64,000 bases of DNA from Gemmatimonadota bacterium (GTDB taxonomy: Bacteria; Gemmatimonadota; Gemmatimonadetes; Gemmatimonadales; Gemmatimonadaceae). This document shows positions 50,246-60,191 of this stretch, one piece after another. How positions within the stretch are numbered: the first letter of the stretch is position 1; every line of letters starts with the position of its first letter. The notes beneath the pieces were generated by a model. The model searched no databases. It worked only from the letters and a program-made list of their open reading frames with translations, and was not told the origin of the DNA. Where the stretch lies: positions 1-64,000 of the forward strand of contig JAZJZK010000006.1 of assembly GCA_040389905.1 (NCBI GenBank). The letters are read 5' to 3'. The position numbers were made by a program, and so were the translations under genes.

Positions 50246-51051
50246 AACACCGTCGTGCGGCCGTCGATCGCGTGCGTCTCGATGAGCCGCGCCCCGCAAC
50301 GCATGCACGGTTGCCCCCCGCGACCATAGGCGGCAAGCGACCGCTGGAAGTCTCCCTTGCCTCCGGACGCGTCGCGATAGTCTCGAAACGATGTGCCCCG
50401 GGCGGCAATGGATTCAGTCAGCACGCTGATAATGCCCTGATGGAGGTCCGCGATCTCCTCGTCGGTGAGCTCGCGCGCCATTCGAGAGGGGTCCACCTCA
50501 GCGCGCCAACACGCTTCGTTCGCGTAGATGTTTCCGATCCCGACGATCATTCGCTGATCCATGAGCAGCTTTTTCAACGCCTGTTTCGACCCCCGAACAA
50601 GTACCGATAGATGGGGGATCGTGAACGCGGGGTCAAGAGGCTCGATGCCCAACGCGCCGACATAGGACTCGAAGCGGTCCGGCCCCATCAGGGAAACGGT
50701 TCCCAGGCGACGGATGTCGCGGTAGTGAAGGTCGCGATCGTCGTCGAGGGAGAAATGGAGGGTCGAATAGTTTGCTTCTCGCTCAGGCAACGGACCTCGG
50801 CTCAGCAAGAGTGCGCCAGTGAACCGCGGCTGCACAACGACGCGGTCACGGGAGTCGAGGTCGATCACGACGAGCTTCGCGCGCCGCCAGCATCGGGTGA
50901 TCGTCGAGCCAACGGTGCGACGCAGAAGCTCTGTCGTCGTGACCTCGCGCAACACGTCGGTTTTCGAGACAGCGACGCCGACGATTCTTCGCCCGCGCAG
51001 TTCACCGTCGAGGTCGCGCGCGATCGTCTCAGTTTCTGGAAGTTCGGGCAC
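50224..51051 (-). CDS. mutM: formamidopyrimidine-DNA glycosylase
   Basis: PELPE N-terminus, LGIEP, LMDQ..GIGNIYANE, C-terminal CxxC..CxxCQ zinc finger. Confidence 0.95.
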   Translation of the reverse strand: MPELPETETIARDLDGELRGRRIVGVAVSKTDVLREVTTTELLRRTVGSTITRCWRRAKLVVIDLDSRDRVVVQPRFTGALLLSRGPLPEREANYSTLHFSLDDDRDLHYRDIRRLGTVSLMGPDRFESYVGALGIEPLDPAFTIPHLSVLVRGSKQALKKLLMDQRMIVGIGNIYANEACWRAEVDPSRMARELTDEEIADLHQGIISVLTESIAARGTSFRDYRDASGGKGDFQRSLAAYGRGGQPCMRCGARLIETHAIDGRTTVLCARCQK

Positions 51052-52303
51052 TCTCTCGCCAGCCGATGTCGGTGCGCAGTTGCTTGCCTTCGAATTGGAT
51101 CCGCTGCGCGACGGCGAGGCTCCGCGCCCGGGCGTCATCCAGCGACGAGCCGACAGCACTCACCGCAAGTACGCGTCCGGCGGCCGTCACGAGCTGACCA
51201 TCCGCCGTGCGTTGCGTTCCGGCATGGAACACCGTAACACCATCGGGGACCGCCGGCACCGAAATGACGTCGCCGGTCCGCGGCGAATCGGGATAGTTTG
51301 CCGCCGCGAGCACCGTGGTGACGCACGCATTGTGCACCTCAGCGCTCGCGGCGTCGAGCGGCTGCCCCGCGCCGATCGCAAACATGACGTCGAGCAGTCC
51401 GGGCTGTACCTCGAGGACGGGCATCAGGGCTTGCGTCTCCGGATCGCCGAAGCGGCAGTTGAACTCGACGACCTTGGCTCCGTCACGCGTGATCATGAGG
51501 CCGGCGTACAGCAGTCCAGCGAACGGTCGCCCACGTTCACGCATTCCGCGTAGGGTGCTCTCGACGATGGCAGCCACCTCGCCTTCGCCCACCGGGAGCG
51601 AGACGGGAACGTAGGCGCCCATACCCCCGGTGTTCGGACCACGATCGCCGTCGAGCAATCGTTTGTGATCCTGGAGACCGGGCAACAAGAGAAAGGACGT
51701 TCCATCCGTCAGCGCGAAGACGGACAGTTCTTCGCCCTCCATGAACTCTTCAACGAGCACCTCGTGGCCGGCGTCGCCAAAACGGCCGCCCTCGAGCATG
51801 TCGTCGATCGCCGCCTCGGCGGCCTTGATCGTCTCACACACCAGAACACCCTTTCCGCTCGCGAGACCCGAGGCCTTCACGACCAGCGGTGCGCCGAATC
51901 GCTGTGCCGCAGCCTTCGCTGACGTCGGACTCGTGTGCATCTCAGCGCGCGCGGTGGGGATGCCGTCGTCGAGCATCAGCTGTTTCGCAAACGCCTTCGA
52001 CGTCTCGATTTCCGCCGCGGCTCGCGTGGGTCCAAAAATCGGAAGCCCGTTTTCGCGAAATGTGTCGACGATACCCAATGCCAGCGGCCCTTCAGGGCCC
52101 ACGACCGTCAGGTCCACTTGCCGATCGCACGCCAATGCCAGCAGGGCCCGAATATCGGAGACCGCAACGGGGACACACTCTCCCAATTCGGCGATACCTG
52201 GATTGCCGGGCGCCGCGATCAACTCGACTGCCGGATGTTCCTGCTTGAACTTCCAGGCGAGCGCATGCTCCCGTCCACCGCCGCCAACGATCAGTACTCG
52301 CAT
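51029..52303 (-). CDS. purD: phosphoribosylamine-glycine ligase
   Basis: GGGGREHAL, VGPE, GPNTGGMG, EFNCRFGDPETQ. Confidence 0.97.
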   Translation of the reverse strand: MRVLIVGGGGREHALAWKFKQEHPAVELIAAPGNPGIAELGECVPVAVSDIRALLALACDRQVDLTVVGPEGPLALGIVDTFRENGLPIFGPTRAAAEIETSKAFAKQLMLDDGIPTARAEMHTSPTSAKAAAQRFGAPLVVKASGLASGKGVLVCETIKAAEAAIDDMLEGGRFGDAGHEVLVEEFMEGEELSVFALTDGTSFLLLPGLQDHKRLLDGDRGPNTGGMGAYVPVSLPVGEGEVAAIVESTLRGMRERGRPFAGLLYAGLMITRDGAKVVEFNCRFGDPETQALMPVLEVQPGLLDVMFAIGAGQPLDAASAEVHNACVTTVLAAANYPDSPRTGDVISVPAVPDGVTVFHAGTQRTADGQLVTAAGRVLAVSAVGSSLDDARARSLAVAQRIQFEGKQLRTDIGWRESARTSRN

Positions 52304-52340
52304 TCGACAAATATAGGAAGCGCCGGAGCGTCTATGTCGC

Positions 52341-52824
52341 TCACTTTCCCGGGTGCCGTCCGCGTTGCCCCTCTCGCGCCTTCACACCACGGACTGCGCC
52401 GAGGATCATTCGATTCACCGCCGCGAGGGACAGTCCCCCTTCGTCCTTGTCGGGAATGGTTGCGAAGCCGATCGCGGATGCGGTCGGATAGCGCGAAAAG
52501 ATGCGTTCGAGGAGTGATGCCAACTCTTCACTGGAAGGTCCGCCGGGCACCTTGTTCTGGTGTGACATGACCTCGCGCGGCTCCAAGACATCCATATCGA
52601 TGTGGATGTAGATCTTGTCCGTCAGCCGGCTGAGGCGATCGAGCTGCGCGAAGACGGCAGGCGTGCCAGCCTTGAGGTCCTCTACCGTGAGCTGCTGGAT
52701 ACCCGAGTGGCTGAGCAATTCCTGCTCGAGGGGGTCCGTGAGACGAACGCCGCCCATGACGATATACGCGTCCTTGAGCGCAGGGTCGAGATGCGCATTG
52801 TTCCATCGCATGGCCAACGCGACA
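52341..52824 (-). pseudogene. C-terminal fragment of an arginase-family protein
   Basis: GVRLTDPLE and HIDMDVL (DxD) are present, but the N-terminal GG(D)H and DAHxD metal motifs are absent. Confidence 0.6.
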
Positions 52825-52854
52825 GCGCGACCGCGAGTTACCTCGCGGCCGCGC
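52825..52854 (-). terminator. 13-bp hairpin with GTAA loop (minus strand) downstream of the M48 gene
   Basis: GCGCGACCGCGAG-ttac-CTCGCGGCCGCGC; no clear U tract. Confidence 0.45.
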
Positions 52855-52958
52855 GTCTCTGGAACGATGCCGATGCATCCATGAAACCTCACTTCGCCGA
52901 ACCGCCGCGTTGGTCGGCCTCTCGAAGTAACGAGGCCACCCGCTACGACCCGTTCGAA

Positions 52959-53957
52959 TTACACTGCGTCGGTCGGTGGCGCTGCCGGCGGCTCCTCGCG
53001 GCCCTTGAATGCGTCATTGAACGCCGATTTCGCGCGGTCGAATGCGTCACCAACACTCGCGAATCCAGCGTCCGCCTTGCCGGAGTAGTAGCGCGCAGCA
53101 TCAGAGAAATCGTCGCCGAGTCCCTGCTTCTTCTCGCCGCGCCGCGTGTAGGCGCCGGCGATGATGGCGTCGTACTCACCGCTCGTACGCCAACGTTCCA
53201 GTTCAGCGGCACGCACCGTGTGGAAGGGATGATCACGAAACGCGGTATTGAACATCTTGAGCAGCTTGTCCCAGGTGTCGCCACCGGCCTCGTACGTGCT
53301 CGCCTGTGCCATGAACGCGTCGACGCTCGAGGTGTCGCCAAAGTCGCGCCCGCCCGCCAAACGCATGAACGTGCTCTGCGCGACGCCCTTGTCCTGGAGT
53401 GCGAGGAGCGCAGCGCGATCGCTCGAGAGCTCGCTCTTCCGATGCCACTCGAGCAGAGCGAGCTGGAAGGGGAGGAGCGCGAGCCCGACGGGAATGAGCG
53501 CCATCGTCCCGACCGCCATGATGACCATCGCGAGCGTGCGATACGTCATGTGGTCGCTCATGATGTGGCCAAGCTCATGCGCGAGGAGGAAGCGACGTTC
53601 GTCGTCGCTCTCGAGCAGTTCGAGCGCACCGGAGGTGAAGACGATGAACGGATCTTCGAAGCCGATCGCGTACGCGTTCACGTTCTGCGATTGGGTAACG
53701 TAGAGTTCCGGACGCTTGGGCCAATCCATCGTGCCGAGCACGTCGGTGAAGAGCGCGTGGAGTTTCGGTCGCTGGGTTTCGCCTACCTGCACGGCGTTGG
53801 CGAGAAAGATCTGGCGCACGCGGCGTTCAGTGATGAATGTCGCGGCCTTGCGCACGACTTCATCGAATCCCGGGATCGCCCGCAAGGTGTTGAGCGCGGC
53901 GCGATCAGCGGGGTGTTCCCACGCGAGACTCGAGATCTGGGGTAGCGGGGTCGGCAT
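52959..53957 (-). CDS. M48-family zinc metallopeptidase
   Basis: WEHPADRAAL, LAHELGH, ELSSDRA, HPF; AGGAG RBS. Confidence 0.9.
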   Translation of the reverse strand: MPTPLPQISSLAWEHPADRAALNTLRAIPGFDEVVRKAATFITERRVRQIFLANAVQVGETQRPKLHALFTDVLGTMDWPKRPELYVTQSQNVNAYAIGFEDPFIVFTSGALELLESDDERRFLLAHELGHIMSDHMTYRTLAMVIMAVGTMALIPVGLALLPFQLALLEWHRKSELSSDRAALLALQDKGVAQSTFMRLAGGRDFGDTSSVDAFMAQASTYEAGGDTWDKLLKMFNTAFRDHPFHTVRAAELERWRTSGEYDAIIAGAYTRRGEKKQGLGDDFSDAARYYSGKADAGFASVGDAFDRAKSAFNDAFKGREEPPAAPPTDAV

Positions 53958-54036
53958 CGGGCGCAAAGCTCCTGGACGGGGTGACCAGAGAGCCTACGCG
54001 CGCCCTCGCCGAAAAGTGTCAGCCACCTTTGAATGG

Positions 54037-54813
54037 CTACAGCTTAGTGGTACGACGGCGCCGGGCAAGGGCGAGGACGCCCGTGAGTCCCGTCGCGAAC
54101 AGGACGAGGCTTGCCGGCTCGGGTGTCGCAACTTCCGCGTCCTGGTTGTTGACGGTGACCGAGAAATTGTCGATGCCGCCTATCGTCGAATAGTTGCTCG
54201 CCGCACCTGAATTCGCGGACTCCACGCCGAATTCGATCAGGCCGCCGGAGGTCGAAAAATCGAGGGTCGCGGCCCCACAGGTGTAGTTCCCCCCAAATCC
54301 AAAAGTCGAGTAGATCTCGCACCAACCGGAAAGTGCCTCGGCCGGGTTGCTGACGTGTATCCAGCTCGATGACGGACCGGCGATGTTGTAGTCGATATTG
54401 GTCGGATCAGGGTTCGCGTCGCCCGGGGAGACGAAGTAGTGGCCGTTCTGGCGCGCGGTCGTCAGAAACGCGATCTGGTTGCTGGATTTTGCCCCAATGT
54501 CGTACGAGATCGCGAGACTCGTGATCGCACCCTGCGTCGACGGATCCCACCCGAATGGACTCGTATGCACCATGCCGGAATAGCCGAAATAGACGTAGTT
54601 GCTGGTGCCCCAGTACGCGCCTGGATTACCGTCCGGTCCGTCCAGTGCGCCCGATCCGGAGTCTCCCCCGGTGTGGTGGATCACCAGCGTGCTCGACCAA
54701 CCCGACGTGAAATTGCCGTCAAAGAACGTCTGCGCGCGGACGGCGGACGCCGAGGCGGCGGTCAGCAGCAGGGCAGACGCGGCAACGCGCGCAGTACGGA
54801 GAGCTTTTTTCAC
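54037..54813 (-). CDS. PEP-CTERM sorting-domain surface protein
   Basis: signal peptide, S/T/G/N-rich body, TPEPASLVLFATGL..RRRR C-terminus. Confidence 0.9.
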   Translation of the reverse strand: MKKALRTARVAASALLLTAASASAVRAQTFFDGNFTSGWSSTLVIHHTGGDSGSGALDGPDGNPGAYWGTSNYVYFGYSGMVHTSPFGWDPSTQGAITSLAISYDIGAKSSNQIAFLTTARQNGHYFVSPGDANPDPTNIDYNIAGPSSSWIHVSNPAEALSGWCEIYSTFGFGGNYTCGAATLDFSTSGGLIEFGVESANSGAASNYSTIGGIDNFSVTVNNQDAEVATPEPASLVLFATGLTGVLALARRRRTTKL

Positions 54814-54858
54814 GTCGGATTTCTCGCTCGGGATTGAGGCCTTCACCGAGAAATGGCA

Positions 54859-54874
54859 CGCAATCGACATGCCG
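54859..54874 (-). promoter_or_regulatory. sigma54 -24/-12 promoter CGGCATG-N4-TTGC
   Basis: GG-N10-GC spacing matching TGGCACG-N4-TTGC, about 45 nt before GTG 54813. Confidence 0.7.
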
Positions 54875-55022
54875 TTTTTTCGTGACTCAGAGAGCCAGAA
54901 ACCTCTGTGAAATCACGACTTAAGGCGCCTTCACGGACCAGATAACACCTAGATAACGCGCACGCGCACAACAGTCTGTCGCGGCGCTACAACAGGTCGG
55001 AGCGAGCTGATCCGCTTGGCGG

Positions 55023-56192
55023 TCAAACCACGTGGAACGCGTGCTCCAGATCGGCGAGCAAATCACCCACGTCCTCGACCCCACAACTCAACCGGATCAA
55101 CCCTTCGCCAATGCCAAGCTGCGCACGTCGCGCCGGCTCGACGCTCGCGTGGGTCATCGACGCGGGATGGCTGATCAGGCTTTCCACCCCGCCCAGGGAC
55201 TCAGCCAGGGAAAACAGGCGACACCGGCTGAGGACTGCATTTGCCCGTACCTTGGTATCCAGGTCGACCGAGATCATGCCCCCGAAGCCGGACATCTGCC
55301 GTTTCGCCAGCTCGTGCTGTGGATGCGTCGGGAGGCCGGGATAGATGACTCGCTCCTCGCCAAGCCGCTCCGTCAGCCAGGCGGCAATCTGTCGGCCATT
55401 CGCGTCGTGCCTCGGCATCCGGAGGTGGAGTGTCTTCGTGCCGCGCAGCGCCAGCCACGAGTCGAATGGTCCAGGGACGGCGCCGGCCGCGTTGAGAATG
55501 AACTGCAGGCGCGTGGCCAGGTCGTCGTCATTCAGGATGGCGATGCCGCCGATCATGTCCGAATGGCCGTTCAGGTACTTCGTTGTCGAGTGGTAGATGA
55601 TGTCGGCGCCGTACTCCAGCGGTCTTTGAAAAAAGGGAGAGGCGAACGTGTTATCGACCAGGAGCAGCGCGTTCCCGCGGTGCGCGATGTCGGCCGCTGC
55701 CTGGAGATCGCAGATGCGCATCAGCGGATTGGTCGGCGTCTCCACAAAGACGAGGCGGGTCGCCGGCGTCATGGCGTCCTCGATGTGCTGCGGATCGCGT
55801 GTATCGACCCACGAGAACGTCAGGCCATAATTCTGGAGGATCTTGTCGAACAGGCGGAACACTCCGCCGTACAAGTTCTCTCCGCAGACGATGTGGTCGC
55901 CCGCCTTGAAGAGCTTCATGATTGAATCGACGCAACCCATCCCCGAGCTGAAGGCGAATCCATGGCGCCCGCCTTCCAGTGCGGCTACGTTGCGCTCGAG
56001 TGCTTCCCGCGTCGGGTTCTTGCCACGGGCGTACTCGTATCCCTTATTCTGCCCCAGCGCGTCCTGCACATACGTCGAAGTGAGATAGACCGGCGTCATG
56101 ATGGCGCCCGCCAACGGTTCTGGTCGTTGTCCCGCGTGGATCGCGCGGGTCGCGAAGGCCGGGGTGAGGTCGTCGTCGAAAACCCGTGTCAT
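55023..56192 (-). CDS. cystathionine gamma-synthase/lyase (Cys/Met PLP enzyme)
   Basis: YARGKNPT, ETPTNP, DNTF, STTKYLNGHSD, AESLGGVESL. Confidence 0.95.
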   Translation of the reverse strand: MTRVFDDDLTPAFATRAIHAGQRPEPLAGAIMTPVYLTSTYVQDALGQNKGYEYARGKNPTREALERNVAALEGGRHGFAFSSGMGCVDSIMKLFKAGDHIVCGENLYGGVFRLFDKILQNYGLTFSWVDTRDPQHIEDAMTPATRLVFVETPTNPLMRICDLQAAADIAHRGNALLLVDNTFASPFFQRPLEYGADIIYHSTTKYLNGHSDMIGGIAILNDDDLATRLQFILNAAGAVPGPFDSWLALRGTKTLHLRMPRHDANGRQIAAWLTERLGEERVIYPGLPTHPQHELAKRQMSGFGGMISVDLDTKVRANAVLSRCRLFSLAESLGGVESLISHPASMTHASVEPARRAQLGIGEGLIRLSCGVEDVGDLLADLEHAFHVV

Positions 56193-56305
56193 GCCGATAC
56201 TACTCCGAGTCGAGTCATGCCGGGCAAGATAGCGGTAGGGCCGAAGGCGAGCGAGGACGCTCGGTGCTGGATTCGACGTCAAGGACCAGAAGCTGGCGCG
56301 AGCCC

Positions 56306-57370
56306 ATGTCTGAAGCAGGTACGATGCAGCAATACTGTTTGATCGTGGATGACGAGCCTCGTCTTCGACAGGTGCTGGTGCACCTCATGCGAAACGACGG
56401 ATTCCTCTGCCTCGAAGCCGGCAACGGTGAGGAGGCGCTCGCGCAACTCGAGCATCACTCGGTCACGCTCGTGATGAGCGACCTGCGCATGCCAAAGATG
56501 GATGGTCTCGAGTTGCTGCGTCGCGTTCGTGGCCAGTGGCCCGACACCGCGGTGGTGATGATTACGGCGGTCGCCGATGTCGAAGTCGCGGTGAGTTGCC
56601 TCGCGATCGGCGCAATGGACTATCTCACGAAGCCGTTCCATCTCGAAGAGGTCCGTGCACGCGTGGCACAGGCGCTCGAAAAACGGCGGCTCGTCGTGGA
56701 AAACCGTGGCTACCAGGAAAGCCTCCAGGAAAAGGTCGCGGTGCAGGCGCGGCGGCTGGAAGAGTTGTTTCTCGCCAGCGTGCAGTCGCTCGCCGAGGCG
56801 TTGGAAGTCAAGGACCCCTACACGCGCGGGCACTCGATTCGCGTCAGCCACTATTCGCTCGTGCTGGCGCGCGAACTGGGCCTGGACGGCGAGCAGTTGC
56901 GCCAGATCGAACTCGGCGGGCACGTGCATGACATCGGGAAAATCGGCGTGCGCGAGGATGTGCTGAACAAGCCCGGCAAACTGACGGATGCGGAGTACGA
57001 GCACATCATGACGCATCCCGTCGTCGGTTGGCGCATTCTCGCGCCGCTGCTTGGCGAGACGCCGCTGGCGCTCAACATCGTGCGCTCACACCACGAGCGC
57101 TACGACGGCCGAGGTGTCCCGGATCGCCTCGCGGGTACCGCGATCCCATTCGAGGCGCGCATCGCGGCGGTTGCTGACTCCTTCGATGCGATGACGTCCG
57201 ACCGCCCGTATCGGCCCGACGGCATGAGCATCGAGTCCGCCGTCGCGGAGATCGTGCGATGCAGCGGGGCACAATTCGATCCGATCGTCGTGCGCGCGAT
57301 GATCGCGGCCGTGGATGCCGGGCGCATCGAGCTCGTTCCGCGCGTGCCGTCGTTCATCGGAGCGAGTTGA
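56306..57370 (+). CDS. REC + HD-GYP response regulator (cyclic di-GMP phosphodiesterase type)
   Basis: IVDD, SDLRMP, KPF; HDIGK, HHERYDGRG(V)P, RPY. Confidence 0.92.
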   Translation: MSEAGTMQQYCLIVDDEPRLRQVLVHLMRNDGFLCLEAGNGEEALAQLEHHSVTLVMSDLRMPKMDGLELLRRVRGQWPDTAVVMITAVADVEVAVSCLAIGAMDYLTKPFHLEEVRARVAQALEKRRLVVENRGYQESLQEKVAVQARRLEELFLASVQSLAEALEVKDPYTRGHSIRVSHYSLVLARELGLDGEQLRQIELGGHVHDIGKIGVREDVLNKPGKLTDAEYEHIMTHPVVGWRILAPLLGETPLALNIVRSHHERYDGRGVPDRLAGTAIPFEARIAAVADSFDAMTSDRPYRPDGMSIESAVAEIVRCSGAQFDPIVVRAMIAAVDAGRIELVPRVPSFIGAS

Positions 57371-58283
57371 TCCCCTCGCCGGGCCCGTGATACTGGTGTA
57401 GTTCGACTCCGGTCGCATCGAGCCAACGCTCGCGCAGTTCGCGTGAGATGTCGCGGTTGCGACAGATGCACACCCGCAGATCGTTGTTGCGCAGATCCAA
57501 CTCGCGGCTGGAAACGGCATCGAGCAGGTCGCGGTAGAGCGAGGCGTCGCCGGCGATCTGCGTCACGCCGTCGGCGAGCACGCCCGCCGCCTCGGCTGGA
57601 TGAAAAGCCGCCAGCGTGGTGACGCGCGCGCCGGCCAACAGCGGTGCGCACGCCGTGACGATGAGTTCGAACGGGTATGTCCATGGACGCAACGCGAGCA
57701 CGTGATCGTCCGCAGAGTTGCCGAGCGCGAGGTTCGCCGCTCGCGAATCAGCGAGGAGGTCCGCATGCGTCATGATGGTCGCGCGCGACACGTGGTCCGC
57801 GCGGTCGTAGATGACAACGGCCTCTTCATCACTCCCCGCGACGCCGAGTTCTCCGTCGATCGAAAGCCCGTGGTGCGAGCCGAGGTCGACCTCCTTCACC
57901 AGCCCAGCGGAAACCACGCGCGCGATGCGTGGGGCGTCGTCCAGCAGCACCGCCGGCATGCCCTCGGGAACACCGCGGAACAATGACGATTCGGTAAATA
58001 CGGCGCCGACTCCAGCATCGGCGCACTGAAAGGCGATGTCCTCGGACGTGGCACGCGGGTCGATGAGCACAGCACCGCGCCCTTCGCTGGCAGCGAGTGC
58101 GGTGATGAATGCCGGAGATGGCGGAAGGAGGATCGCGGCGCGCCGTCCGTTGAGCGCGCGGACCACGGTCGCGCTGCGCTGGAGGAGCGTGAGCCCCGCC
58201 GCGACGAGTTGCTGCGCTTCGAACTCAGCAACCGGAGCGACGGTGCGTATGCGGCCGTTTCCAGCCGCAACGGCCAGCGTCAC
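57354..58283 (-). CDS. truncated/degenerate AMP-binding (acyl-CoA synthetase-like) protein
   Basis: N-terminal adenylation-fold motifs (AASEGRGAVLID, TH..L, PLLAGARV) without the TSGTTG loop; 309 aa. Confidence 0.6.
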   Translation of the reverse strand: MTLAVAAGNGRIRTVAPVAEFEAQQLVAAGLTLLQRSATVVRALNGRRAAILLPPSPAFITALAASEGRGAVLIDPRATSEDIAFQCADAGVGAVFTESSLFRGVPEGMPAVLLDDAPRIARVVSAGLVKEVDLGSHHGLSIDGELGVAGSDEEAVVIYDRADHVSRATIMTHADLLADSRAANLALGNSADDHVLALRPWTYPFELIVTACAPLLAGARVTTLAAFHPAEAAGVLADGVTQIAGDASLYRDLLDAVSSRELDLRNNDLRVCICRNRDISRELRERWLDATGVELHQYHGPGEGINSLR

Positions 58284-58300
58284 GAGTGAAAGCGGGTTGC

Positions 58301-60058
58301 TCAGGTGTCGAATCGCTCCAGCGATGACTTGAGGCGCTGCGCGACCTGCGCGAGTTGTTCGCTCGATGCCGCGACACTCGACATCGCGGCGTTCTGCTCC
58401 TGCACGACCGCACTCACCTCGAGTGCCGTCGCGGCATTCATGTCGGCGGAGGACGCGAGCGCTTCGATCTCATGCGCGAGCGACTCGGTTTCCGTGCGCT
58501 GCGCGTCCGCCGCTTCCACGATGCGATCGACCGCCGCGCGCGCGCTGGCAATCTCCCGGTCGATCTGCGTCAGCGCCTCAGCGGACGCACGGATCACCGC
58601 CTCGCCGGTGGTGACGCGGTCGCTCGCCTCGAGGATCTGCTCTTCCGTCCGCACTGCGCTCGTGCGGATCTCGGCCGCGAGCTTTCGAATCTGCGCGAGC
58701 GCCCGCGCACTCTCGGCCGCGAGTTTGCGCACCTCATCGGCGACGACGGCGAAGCCTTTGCCGTGCTCGCCCGCGCGCGACGCTTCGATTGCCGCGTTGA
58801 GGGCGAGCAGATTCGTCTGGCGGGCAATCGAGCCGATGACGTCGGTGATCTTGCCGATGCGTTGCGACTTCTCTCCCAGTTCCACGACGGAAGGAACCGC
58901 GGCGCTCGTGACCGCGCTGATCTCGGTCATCGCCTGTAGTGCCTCGCTCGCGGCGATCGTGCCGCGGCGTGTGGTGCGCTGCGCGACGTCGGCGGCAGAG
59001 CGCGCCTGCTCGGCATGACTTGCTACTGCGGCGGAGCGGCTTGCCACGCGACTCGACGCATCCGATGCCTTGTTCACACCCTTCTTTTGCATCGCGGCGG
59101 CATCCGCAATGGCCACCGCGGCGCCGGATACCTGCTGTGTCGATGCGGTCATCTGCTCCGCGCTCGCCGCGAGTTGCTCCGCCGTCGCTGCCACGTCGAT
59201 CGCGCTGCCGCCGAGGTCGGCCATGAGGATACGGAGCCCGCGGGTCATTTCGCGAAAGCCGGACGCGAGGTCACCGACCTCATCGTCGGACTCGAAGGTC
59301 AGTTCATGGCGAAGACGTCCTTCCGCGACGTGCTCGGACTGGATGCGGAGGTTCGTCAGTCCCCGTGTCATCCGGCGTGCCGTCCAGAAGGCGAAGGTCA
59401 CCGAAATCAGCAGGGCCACGAGGGCGAACAGCGCGAGTTCCACCTCGGCCGAGCGTGCGTCGGCCAGCAGGGCGTCAGCGCGGCTCGTGGTGATGACGGC
59501 TCCCGCGACGCGCCGGTCAGCCGCGAGGACCGGCGTGGCCACCGTGATGACGCTCTCGCCATCGAGGTCGTGGAGGCCGGTGGCGCCTGGCCGTCCGGAA
59601 ATGAGTGCGTCATCGAGTCCCGGCGGCGCTGTCCATTCTCCTCCGGTCCCACCGGCCGCATCTCCGCGCGCAACGTACCGATACTTACCAGCGCTGTCCC
59701 GAACAACCAGGTCGATGAACAGACCTTCGTCGGCGCCGACGAGCGATTGTGCATTCTCGGCACGGATGCGAAGGAGTGGATCGCGAGCGACCGCTTCGGC
59801 GCTGTCGAGAGTGGAGGGGGAGAGAAGGAGGGGGGGAATCGACGCGGGCAGCTGCGCCACCGCCGCCCGACCGATCGAGAGCAGTCGCTCGGCCTGCGCA
59901 CGCGACAGCGACGAGCGGACGTGTCCGTACACGGGCGCCAGAAGGATGGCGAACGTGACGAGCACGGTGCCGCCGGCGAGGGCGGCCATCTTGAGCCGCA
60001 CGGGAAATCGGGTGGCGGCGCGCAGGGGGACTATGGGACGAGGTAAGGGAAAAGACAC
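58301..60058 (-). CDS. methyl-accepting chemotaxis protein (2 TM, periplasmic sensor, HAMP)
   Basis: [44 protein letters not shown]. Confidence 0.95.
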   Translation of the reverse strand: MSFPLPRPIVPLRAATRFPVRLKMAALAGGTVLVTFAILLAPVYGHVRSSLSRAQAERLLSIGRAAVAQLPASIPPLLLSPSTLDSAEAVARDPLLRIRAENAQSLVGADEGLFIDLVVRDSAGKYRYVARGDAAGGTGGEWTAPPGLDDALISGRPGATGLHDLDGESVITVATPVLAADRRVAGAVITTSRADALLADARSAEVELALFALVALLISVTFAFWTARRMTRGLTNLRIQSEHVAEGRLRHELTFESDDEVGDLASGFREMTRGLRILMADLGGSAIDVAATAEQLAASAEQMTASTQQVSGAAVAIADAAAMQKKGVNKASDASSRVASRSAAVASHAEQARSAADVAQRTTRRGTIAASEALQAMTEISAVTSAAVPSVVELGEKSQRIGKITDVIGSIARQTNLLALNAAIEASRAGEHGKGFAVVADEVRKLAAESARALAQIRKLAAEIRTSAVRTEEQILEASDRVTTGEAVIRASAEALTQIDREIASARAAVDRIVEAADAQRTETESLAHEIEALASSADMNAATALEVSAVVQEQNAAMSSVAASSEQLAQVAQRLKSSLERFDT

Positions 60059-60191
60059 GAATCGGGAGCGCCCGCGAGTGCGTGGCGAGACGAGAAGTTA
60101 CCGGTCGTGAATGGGTGTGGACAAGCGTCGCGTGAAGCTTGCCCAGTCATGGGCCCGGAATAGCTTTCGGCTTCACCGTGACGGAGGATTC

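Noticed and set aside
54908..54924. IHF site between the sigma54 promoter and the putative enhancer
   Set aside because: AATCACGACTTA is one base short of WATCAANNNNTTR; too weak to call
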